This document shows, in pieces, positions 18,713 to 26,920 of a DNA stretch of 64,000 bases. Source of the DNA: an uncultured archaeon. Lineage in GTDB: Archaea > Asgardarchaeota > Thorarchaeia > Thorarchaeales > Thorarchaeaceae. The stretch lies in NCBI GenBank assembly GCA_964610875.1, contig CAZSWP010000017.1:4940-68939 (forward strand), written 5' to 3'. The translations under genes and the position numbers were made by a program. The notes under the pieces are model-generated. The model searched no databases and was not told where the DNA came from. It saw nothing but the letters and a program-made list of their open reading frames with translations. Every line of letters starts with the position of its first letter. Position 1 is the first letter of the stretch.

Positions 18713-19353
18713 CTAGTGATACTCAATAATATTTTCCAGTTCAATATTTGAAAGATGTCCACATTCATTGAGTTTTCTTATAGTTCGTTCACCCAGACGA
18801 TTCACTCGTAACCAAGTGATGTTACAGGTATGCTGTTCGTATGTGATTCTAGCTTCTAATGGGATGCCAAGCCAGGTAGATATCAGGCAGTGCAGCGTAT
18901 TTCCATGACTGATGACAACAGCTCTTCTTTTTTCGACAGAGGATATCTGTTCCAATGCTTTTGTAGCCCTCTCGTATAAAATTCTCCAAGATTCACCACC
19001 TTCAAAGGGAATCCAATCCTCTATTGGTTCAATTAAGGGATTCATGATTCCCCTTGCTTCATCGTTTGAAAGACCAACAGCGACGCCATTATTGAGCTCG
19101 CGGAGATCTTTTAGAAAAACCACCTCTGAGTTTAGAGATTTAGATATAATCTCAGCAGTCTGAGATGCTCTAAGGAGGTCACTTGAGAAGAGTGTGAATT
19201 CATCTTCATCTAGAACCGATTTGAGGCGCTTCGCCAGTGCAGCTGCTTGCTTGATTCCTCTCTCGGTGAGTGGAGTGTCAGTCATCCACCAGTCATGTCT
19301 TCAACAATATGCTTTGACTTTCCATGGCAAGATAATATCAATTCCTCAATCAT
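18713..19353 (-). pseudogene. Histidine phosphatase (phosphoglycerate mutase) family, apparently frameshifted
   Basis: The listed ORF begins MTDTPLTERGIKQAAALAKRL..SSDLLRASQTAEII, so it lacks the N-terminal RHG motif. A 23-codon ORF in another frame (ATG at 19353: MIEELILSCHGKSKHIVEDMTGG) supplies a CHG version and ends at a TGA overlapping the listed ATG. Confidence 0.55.
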
Positions 19354-19491
19354 GTGGTCATCCCTTGATAAGATGAAACTATTCATTTACTTATAGATAG
19401 CTTATACTAAGAAGTCATTTTGTGTTCATGTGAGAATTCTTAATAGAAAGAATACTAGCGATGGTTTTACAGAAGGTAGGTCAAAGAGAAT

Positions 19492-20310
19492 ATGACAGCT
19501 ACAAACAGACGTAATGAAGATGCATGGGATAGTCTCTCAGATTATTATCAAGCCAATACAAGAATCTCCTTGGAGAACTACCACTACAATCCATATGGTC
19601 CGGGAGATAATGAACTCAAAGTAATTGGAGATGTCACAGGCTTAGATGTTTTGGAAGTTGGATGCGGAGGAGGACAGAATAGCATAGTATTATCAAAACA
19701 GGGGGCAAAGTCCGTCACAGGACTCGATCAGTCAGTCCAACAACTGGATTATGCTAGAGAACTCGCGAAACAGGAACATGTCGAAGTATCGTTCTTGAAA
19801 AGTGATATGGAAAAAATGTCTATGTTGGAGGACTCATCATATGACCTGATTGTGTCATCACATGCTATGAACTATGCATCAGATATTCATGCTGTCTTCA
19901 GAGAAAGCTATCGAGTTCTTAGATTTGAAGGCAGGATTATCACTTGTATGGCACATCCAGTCTGGCTTGTTGTTGGTGAAGCTCTTGAAGAGAATGATAT
20001 CTCTAAGATTGCAAATTACTTTCAATCAGAGAGAGAAACATGGGAGTGGCATGAATATAGAGGCAAGAAAATTGGAAATTTTGAAACAACACCATGGACA
20101 TTGGGAGATATAATCAATGGATTGATAGATGTGGGATTTATTGTTCAAAGGATTGATGAGCCTAAAGGATATACCTTTGATGAAGTGAATAATTTACCAC
20201 TAGATGCTGTTCCCTACCGTGATAAGTTGTATACACCAAAGAAGTTCATCCGAGCTAACACAATAGTTCCTAACTCAATCATAATCACTGCTATGAAGAA
20301 GAATTCTTAA
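19492..20310 (+). CDS. Class I SAM-dependent methyltransferase
   Basis: Has the SAM-binding motif LDVLEVGCGGGQNSIVL and YDLIVSSHAMNY, RVLRFEGRII. It is a paralog of 13004..13880. Confidence 0.8.
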   Translation: MTATNRRNEDAWDSLSDYYQANTRISLENYHYNPYGPGDNELKVIGDVTGLDVLEVGCGGGQNSIVLSKQGAKSVTGLDQSVQQLDYARELAKQEHVEVSFLKSDMEKMSMLEDSSYDLIVSSHAMNYASDIHAVFRESYRVLRFEGRIITCMAHPVWLVVGEALEENDISKIANYFQSERETWEWHEYRGKKIGNFETTPWTLGDIINGLIDVGFIVQRIDEPKGYTFDEVNNLPLDAVPYRDKLYTPKKFIRANTIVPNSIIITAMKKNS

Positions 20311-20373
20311 TTTACTTTAACATAAATAATCCCAGAAGTCTTTTCAGGAGGAGAAGATTCAATTAAAAGGTAC

Positions 20374-21807
20374 TTGGTGGTCTTGATGCAACTATTTGAG
20401 ATTCTTATGCTCATTGTCATTGTCCTGTTGATTCTGCAATATTTTAGCCCTAAGATGCAAAAGAGAATATTTGATGTCAATCTCTCGTTCTTTATTGATT
20501 TAATCAATATTGCATTTCTTGTATTGCATATACTTTTTGAAGGTGCACGATGGCAGCTAATTCCACTATATCTTACAGTATTTGCATTATTCATAGCTGG
20601 GTTTTACCAAGAATTCACTTATAGAAAAGCAAGTTTACCTAGAGAAGGTCCAAAGAGTAGTAAAACCCCATCGAGAATTTCACGAGCTGTAATCCTCCTA
20701 ATCATAATGATTGTCATATCATCGACTTTGTTCTTAGATCAACTATTTCCAATGTTTGATATTCCAAATCCAAGTGGTTCATATAATGTTGGGACAGTTA
20801 TTTTCGATTTGACTGATTCATCTAGGGATGAGGTTTTTACAGCAAATCCAGATGATAACCGTAGGATTTTGATTCAAGTATGGTATCCTACTGATGATGT
20901 CAGTATGGATACAAAAGCTCCGTATATCTCAGACATGGAAGCATTTGGTACGGGGATACAACAATCATTTAGATTTCCGCCATTGCTAGTTAGTCATTTG
21001 AATAACATAAAGACAAACTCATACACTGGAGTTGAGGTTTCCGAAAACCAAGCAGAATATCCAGTGCTTCTCTTCTCCCATGGATATGGAGGATTGATAA
21101 TGCAAAACACAATCCTGATGGAAGAATTGGCGAGTCACGGGTACATCGTGTTTAGCATCTGCCATCCATACGAATCTGCAGTAGCGAGTTTCCCAGATGG
21201 AACTGACATATTTGAAGGTGAAGCTCCAGAAGGGCATTTCATAAATGATAGTCTAACTATCTGGGCTAATGACTCAACATATCTACTTGACCAACTAGAG
21301 GTCACAGAGAATACTGTAATTCCTGGTGTTTTGTGGGGAAAGATGGACTTGGATAGAATCGGAGCTTTGGGACATTCCTTTGGTGGAACAACTGCAGAAG
21401 AGTTGTGTCTAACAGATGCCCGTGTAATAATAGGAATTAGCTTTGACTCTCCACATATTGGCGCATCGAGAGAACTTAACATGACAAAACCATTCATGCT
21501 ATTCTTTGGCCCGGATTATGGAAATCCAGGATTGAATGATATAGTGTACAATAACGCACAGAATACATGCTACGGATTGTATGTCAATGATACAAGACAC
21601 TACAACTTTGCTGACGTAGATCTCTGGTCACCAATCCTCCAGTCATTTGGCTTGATAGGAAAGATCAATCCATATAGAATGATGAATATCATGAACACGT
21701 ACATCATCGAATTCCTTGACCAAGAAATGAAAGGTGAAGACTCCGCACTTCTTGATGAGCAGTCAACAGATTATCCTGAAGTCATGTTCTATTGGAATGG
21801 CATATGA
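20374..21807 (+). CDS. Membrane-anchored alpha/beta hydrolase (PAF-acetylhydrolase-like lipase/esterase)
   Basis: Has N-terminal TM helices, then YPVLLFSHGYGGLIMQNTILMEELASHGYIVFSICHP and the nucleophile elbow GALGHSFGG. Confidence 0.7.
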   Translation: MVVLMQLFEILMLIVIVLLILQYFSPKMQKRIFDVNLSFFIDLINIAFLVLHILFEGARWQLIPLYLTVFALFIAGFYQEFTYRKASLPREGPKSSKTPSRISRAVILLIIMIVISSTLFLDQLFPMFDIPNPSGSYNVGTVIFDLTDSSRDEVFTANPDDNRRILIQVWYPTDDVSMDTKAPYISDMEAFGTGIQQSFRFPPLLVSHLNNIKTNSYTGVEVSENQAEYPVLLFSHGYGGLIMQNTILMEELASHGYIVFSICHPYESAVASFPDGTDIFEGEAPEGHFINDSLTIWANDSTYLLDQLEVTENTVIPGVLWGKMDLDRIGALGHSFGGTTAEELCLTDARVIIGISFDSPHIGASRELNMTKPFMLFFGPDYGNPGLNDIVYNNAQNTCYGLYVNDTRHYNFADVDLWSPILQSFGLIGKINPYRMMNIMNTYIIEFLDQEMKGEDSALLDEQSTDYPEVMFYWNGI

Positions 21808-21848
21808 CCTTAGTAAGGAGAAATCTGACCCATCAGTACTCGGACCAG

Positions 21849-22922
21849 CTAAAAAAAGTTCGAAAACTGATTGCATATCTTTCGGATTATTCTCCGATTT
21901 GCTCTCTTGATACTTGTATCAACAGTTCTTTCTTCTTGGTCCTCAAGTTTCTCTTCATCTTCACCTTGCAGTCCAGTCAATGTTGCTCTAACACAAGGGC
22001 CAAGCACAAGTGGATTATATCCACCTTCTAATACCCAGAAAGTCCCATGTATACCCATAGAGGATGAGAGCTCATCAAGTTTATTGGCAATATACCAGTA
22101 TGTTCGGGAATCCACATCCATATCTCCTAAAGGATCAGTGAAGTGCGCGTCGTAACCTGCAGAAACAGCAATCACATCTGGTTTGAAACTTTCAATCGCT
22201 GGAACTACAATTCTATCAATGGCACTTCTATATGAAGGATCAGGAGACTCTTCTCGAAGGGGGATGTTGATGTTTGTTCCAAAGCCATCTCCCTTACCCA
22301 TCTCATGAAAATGACCAAGACCATAACTCACGTAATCGTATTCATGAATTGAAATGAATTGAACATCCGCATCTTGGTAGAATATCTCTGCAGTGCCATT
22401 TCCAAAATGATCATCAATATCTAAAATCGAAACGCGATGCACTCCGTCCTCTTGCAAGATTTTTTTCGTGGCAACTGCTACATTATTGAAATAACAAAGC
22501 CCGGTTGTTGAAGAGCTGGTGGCATGATGACCAGGTGGACGAATCAATGCAAATGCATGTTTACAGGACTCCTCAATAACCAGTTCTGCAGCAATAAGTG
22601 ATCCACCAAGAGAATAGAGAGCTGAATTTAGTAGATTCTGGCTAGCATATGCGGATTCACCTAATTGACCACTACCAAAATCGGAAAGCAACTCTACGGA
22701 ATGGACATGATAATCTGAATGAACTAGTAGCGCTTCTTCAATTGTTGCCATAGGAGTTTTAATGTTGATCAAATTGCTGAGAATATTATTTTCTTCAAGA
22801 TATTGCATTGTGATCAGCAAGCGTTCAGGATTCTCAAACGCCTCCATGTGTGGCTTAGGAAATGGTGCAGAGTGCTGGTCCAATCCAACTTGGTCAATTA
22901 CTGTAATGGGATTGCAAGACAT
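21849..22922 (-). CDS. Histone deacetylase family (class II HDAC / acetoin-utilization / acetylpolyamine amidohydrolase-like)
   Basis: Carries RPPGHHA, SILDIDDHFGNGT, SAGYDAHFTDPLG and LEGGYN. I chose the ATG at 22922 (MSCNPITVIDQ); the maximal ORF reaches 23000 with a TTG start. Confidence 0.85.
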   Translation of the reverse strand: MSCNPITVIDQVGLDQHSAPFPKPHMEAFENPERLLITMQYLEENNILSNLINIKTPMATIEEALLVHSDYHVHSVELLSDFGSGQLGESAYASQNLLNSALYSLGGSLIAAELVIEESCKHAFALIRPPGHHATSSSTTGLCYFNNVAVATKKILQEDGVHRVSILDIDDHFGNGTAEIFYQDADVQFISIHEYDYVSYGLGHFHEMGKGDGFGTNINIPLREESPDPSYRSAIDRIVVPAIESFKPDVIAVSAGYDAHFTDPLGDMDVDSRTYWYIANKLDELSSSMGIHGTFWVLEGGYNPLVLGPCVRATLTGLQGEDEEKLEDQEERTVDTSIKRANRRIIRKICNQFSNFF

Positions 22923-23065
22923 AATGCCACACAATTCTTGCATAGATAATTCACTATTTACCCTTTCACTGGATGGATTGAATCTTATTACCAATCTCAA
23001 TTTAGAATTAGATTACATACAAACAGTATTCATTAGTAAGAATACGGCATATTGAATGAAAAAAA

Positions 23066-23977
23066 TTGACAAATCCAGATGCTTCACTAATAGATGCAGC
23101 AAAAAGAGGAAGTCTTGAAGAAGTAATAGCCAGTATCGAAAATGGTGCGGATATTAACTTCCAAGAAGAGGTCTTTAGAAACTCTGCATTCCATATTGCT
23201 GCTAGCAATGGATTTCTTAATATCATAAAGCATCTCTTCGAGAATGGAGCAGATATCACTCTGCAAAATGCTGTTGATATGACACCTCTCCATCTTGCAG
23301 TTCGAGATGGAAGATTCTCAGTCTTTGTTTATCTCTTAGAAAATTTGGATTCATTTCCTGAACTTCTTCTCAATGATGTTATCACCGTTGCAAGAATGTC
23401 AGTGTATAGTAATCCAATGTTTGTTAAGATGCTCGAGCAATTCAGAATAAAAGTGGTGAGACCTTCAACAGACCATCTAGATGAAAAAGATGCACTCCTT
23501 CTTAATGCGGCTCATGATGGACAAACTGAAGATGTTACTCGAGCTATTAATCAAGGAGCAAATATCGAGGTTGAAGATGGACGGGGAATGAATCCCCTAA
23601 TCTGGGCATCTTTGAGAGGACAGATTGATGTAATTCGAATTCTCATTTCTCGCGGAGCAAACATCGAAGCTTATAATTTTGCAGGTTGGACAGCTTTGAT
23701 ACAAGCCAGTGCACATGGTCATGATTCGATTGTGAAGCTATTGCTCGAGAGCGGTGCAGATGTGAATGCTTCAACAAGACATGAAGAAACAGCCCTCCAT
23801 TTTGCAGCGGAAGAGGGTTATACCGCTATAGTCGAACTATTATTGGAACACGGTGCAGATGGGACTCTCAGGGATAGCGATGAACGCTTAGCTGCAGATA
23901 TTGCACGTGAATTTGGTCATGAAGAATTGGGTAAACTCATTGAGGGCAAGATGAAAGAGAAATTATCTCGTTTATAG
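23066..23977 (+). CDS. Ankyrin repeat protein
   Basis: About 7 ANK units, e.g. GWTALIQASAHGHDSIVKLLLESGADVN and ETALHFAAEEGYTAIVELLLEHGADG. The start is TTG. Confidence 0.85.
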   Translation: MTNPDASLIDAAKRGSLEEVIASIENGADINFQEEVFRNSAFHIAASNGFLNIIKHLFENGADITLQNAVDMTPLHLAVRDGRFSVFVYLLENLDSFPELLLNDVITVARMSVYSNPMFVKMLEQFRIKVVRPSTDHLDEKDALLLNAAHDGQTEDVTRAINQGANIEVEDGRGMNPLIWASLRGQIDVIRILISRGANIEAYNFAGWTALIQASAHGHDSIVKLLLESGADVNASTRHEETALHFAAEEGYTAIVELLLEHGADGTLRDSDERLAADIAREFGHEELGKLIEGKMKEKLSRL

Positions 23978-24024
23978 GATATGATATCCTATGAATGTCT
24001 CTAAGACATTTTCAAATTCGTGAA

Positions 24025-24633
24025 TTACTCAGACTCATATTCCAAACTGAATCTGTCAGATATCCATTCTTTGACATCCTTTTTCTCATCTGATTTTGGA
24101 CTTGGAGGTTTGCCTGTTCCTTCTTCGCGCAGTTTCTTCATTCGCACAGACATATCTGTAACAGAATTGATATTACCTTCATCGAGAACCAGTTCTAGAA
24201 CGGTTTCATAACTTGATGCACTCTGAAAACCCATATGAACATAGTTTTCGCTTATGAAGTCCTTTGCTATGATTATTCGTCCAGTGAAAGGTACCTTGAA
24301 ATCCAAATTCTTGTAGATGTACGGAAACATTACACCATTGCTTTCAGGTTCTACTCCATTGACTGGTTTCGCCTCAGCACTGCTTAGATACATTGTATCA
24401 AGAGTAAGTTCATTGTTTGGACATGTATATATATTTTGAAATCCTCTCCAACAAGCAGTAGATGCTGGACGAGGTGAAATCCCAAAGTCTTGGGGAGAAG
24501 GTAGTTTTGTACCATCAATTCCGGATAGATAATACTCTTCTCCTTCAAATATCACAATATCAGAAACCTGTCCGGTCATAAATAACGAGTTACAATCCAT
24601 CTCTTCAATCATTCTGTTCTGTCTTTTTACCAT
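24025..24633 (-). CDS. Hypothetical protein
   Basis: 202-aa ORF with coding-like composition (FEGEEYYLSGIDG..STACWRGFQNIYTC..). I recognise no domain. The start is ambiguous (ATG at 24633, 24612 or 24600) and the ORF overlaps the upstream gene. Confidence 0.5.
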   Translation of the reverse strand: MVKRQNRMIEEMDCNSLFMTGQVSDIVIFEGEEYYLSGIDGTKLPSPQDFGISPRPASTACWRGFQNIYTCPNNELTLDTMYLSSAEAKPVNGVEPESNGVMFPYIYKNLDFKVPFTGRIIIAKDFISENYVHMGFQSASSYETVLELVLDEGNINSVTDMSVRMKKLREEGTGKPPSPKSDEKKDVKEWISDRFSLEYESE

Positions 24634-24931
24634 GTGACAGGGCGGATTTCGAGACCTCGAGTTCTTTCTTCAAACATCTAGAACATAACATGGATACTTG
24701 ACTTCCTTTGAATCTCTGCCAATGAATCACCCATCTGCGTATAGAGTCGATTGGCCGTCCGCATTCAGAACAGGTATTGTATTCCAAGAGGGATTGATCC
24801 ATCTCTTCTAATAGGCAATCCTCACAGAGAAGAGGATATTTCCCTCCAGATTTTTCCACGATTTTTGAGGCAACTTCACTAACTAAATTGCCACAACGGA
24901 CGCATTTTGAAATCAGAAATATCACTCTCAT
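24605..24931 (-). CDS. Multi-CxxC zinc-ribbon protein
   Basis: Has four CxxC pairs: CVRCGN, CEDCLL, CSECGRP, CSRCLKK. Confidence 0.5.
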   Translation of the reverse strand: MRVIFLISKCVRCGNLVSEVASKIVEKSGGKYPLLCEDCLLEEMDQSLLEYNTCSECGRPIDSIRRWVIHWQRFKGSQVSMLCSRCLKKELEVSKSALSHGKKTEQND

Positions 24932-25224
24932 CTAACCAAGCTACGGAATGTAAATTGTACACTCCTTTTTTCCTTTTTCATTCATAGTAGGTATAATCCA
25001 GTCAGGGATGAACAATGATCTGATTCATTTTCTGGAGGTCATTAGTATTGGCAATGTCTGTCTGTACGCGATTTAGGATAGCCTTATGATCTTCGATTCA
25101 TAGATATGAGATTGTTGGAATAAATCAATGAGTTCTATCCTTTTTTCAGGAGATATTTGAAACAATAAGGCAATCAAAAGACTTCTAACCTAGTTTTGAC
25201 TTCATAGTAAATGGAGAAAGAACT

Positions 25225-25647
25225 ATGCCATTCTATGAGAGTTCTGAGCAACTAAAAGAGGTATTCGAAGAATTCTGGAGTAGAGCACTTCAGGAAGAAG
25301 AAGTCTATGAGAAATTGGTCAAATCCGGGATAATTGTACGGTTTGATATTGAACAACCAGAGGTACATGTGACAATCAATTTTCGAGATCCGGGTCCTGA
25401 TGGAAAACTTGGATCATTGAGCTTCGATTCAGATGTGGAACCAGAGATTGCTGTTTGGAGTACTTCAGAAACTACGAACAAATTCTGGCAAGGTAAACTA
25501 AATACAACTATAGCTATGGCGAAAGGACAAGTGAAGATGGATGGTTCTATTGCAAAAGCCCTTGGACTCCTTTCGAAAATCAAGCCACTCTTCAAAATAT
25601 TTCCGAAAGTTTTGCGCGATAAAGGCTTAGATCATATGGTTCTATGA
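25225..25647 (+). CDS. SCP2 (sterol carrier protein 2) domain protein
   Basis: Carries FWQGKLNTTIAMAKGQVKMDGSIAKALGLLSKIKPLFKIF, a typical SCP2 C-terminal pattern. Confidence 0.7.
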   Translation: MPFYESSEQLKEVFEEFWSRALQEEEVYEKLVKSGIIVRFDIEQPEVHVTINFRDPGPDGKLGSLSFDSDVEPEIAVWSTSETTNKFWQGKLNTTIAMAKGQVKMDGSIAKALGLLSKIKPLFKIFPKVLRDKGLDHMVL

Positions 25648-25727
25648 TGTTGGAAAATATTGCTATCATAAAGCATAAAAGGGAAAACTCCAAGTTACAA
25701 ATTAGAACTTAACATAGGTTAACTACA

Positions 25728-25943
25728 ATGGCGGAAATCACAAAAGACATGACAATTGCTGAAGTCGTAATGAAATGGCCAGAAACAGCTGGAACCTTCA
25801 TGGAATGGGGGCTACACTGTTATGGTTGTGCTGTTGCGAAATATGAGAATGTCGAACAGGGCGCTATGGCACATGGAATCCCCGCAGACAAACTTGTTGA
25901 AGCACTTAATGAAACAATTGAGAAGAAAAAAGCAGAGGCGTGA
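25728..25943 (+). CDS. DUF1858 / hybrid-cluster-protein-associated redox disulfide protein
   Basis: Carries MTIAEVVMKWPETAGTFMEWGLHCYGCAVAKYENVEQGAMAHGI. Confidence 0.7.
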   Translation: MAEITKDMTIAEVVMKWPETAGTFMEWGLHCYGCAVAKYENVEQGAMAHGIPADKLVEALNETIEKKKAEA

Positions 25944-25982
25944 AACTCCCGAGTTGCATCTTCTTCTTTTTTTCTACAGAAC

Positions 25983-26837
25983 TTAATCTTTCTCTGATTT
26001 TATTCTACCATAGAGACGACCAGTTTCTTCTTCACTCATCTCAAAACTATGTTCCTTGTCAGGAAACTTCTTACTTCTGACCTCTTCTACGTATTCTAGA
26101 ACCGCATCTTTCATGATCTTACTGATGTTGGCATATTTCTTGACAAACTTGGGTTTGAAATCTTCGAAGAAACCTAACATATCCCACAATACAAGAACTT
26201 GACCATCACAATGAGGTCCAGCGCCAATTCCTATCGTTGGTATTTCAACAGATTCAGTGATCAGTTTTGCAGTTTCAGTTGGAACCAGCTCAATGACTAG
26301 GGAGAAAACACCTGCATCCTGTAGAGCTTTCGCTTGTTCTACCAATACTTCAGTTGCCTCGGCGGTCCGTCCTTGCACTCGATATCCACCTAAATCGAAG
26401 ATGGACTGTGGTGTCAGACCTATATGGCCCATAACAGGAATCCCAGCATCAACCACTGCTGAAATAATATCTGTTACTCTGCCAGCACCCTCAATTTTAA
26501 CGGCTTCGGCACCACCTGCTTGAAGAGCATAAGCACAGTTCTCTAGAGCCTGCTCAGTACTAATTTTACATGTCATAAATGGCATATCAGCAATAATCAG
26601 ACTATCCGGATTTGCTCGTGAAACAGCAGAGCAATGATGCACAATATCATCCAATGTGACGGGAATTGTGCTTTCATATCCAAGCAGGGAATTACCTACC
26701 GAATCCCCAACAAGAATCATATCCACACCGCACTCGCTGAGGATTTTTGCAGATGGAGCATCGTAGGCTGTTAGCATCACAATCTTCTTTCCTTTCGATT
26801 TCATCTGCTTTATCTTATGAGTAGTCTTTCGAGCCAA
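25983..26837 (-). CDS. panB: 3-methyl-2-oxobutanoate hydroxymethyltransferase (ketopantoate hydroxymethyltransferase)
   Basis: Carries KIVMLTAYDAPSAKILSECGVDMILVGDSVGNSLLGYESTIPVTLDDIVHH, VKIEGG-like AVKIEG and IGIGAGPHCDGQVLV. Confidence 0.9.
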   Translation of the reverse strand: MARKTTHKIKQMKSKGKKIVMLTAYDAPSAKILSECGVDMILVGDSVGNSLLGYESTIPVTLDDIVHHCSAVSRANPDSLIIADMPFMTCKISTEQALENCAYALQAGGAEAVKIEGAGRVTDIISAVVDAGIPVMGHIGLTPQSIFDLGGYRVQGRTAEATEVLVEQAKALQDAGVFSLVIELVPTETAKLITESVEIPTIGIGAGPHCDGQVLVLWDMLGFFEDFKPKFVKKYANISKIMKDAVLEYVEEVRSKKFPDKEHSFEMSEEETGRLYGRIKSEKD

Positions 26838-26920
26838 GATATTTCTCCATCCGCTATAATTCCATCTCTGTTATTTATAGAGTTTCTTTCTCAAATGTAT
26901 ATTGTATATACAATCTATTG

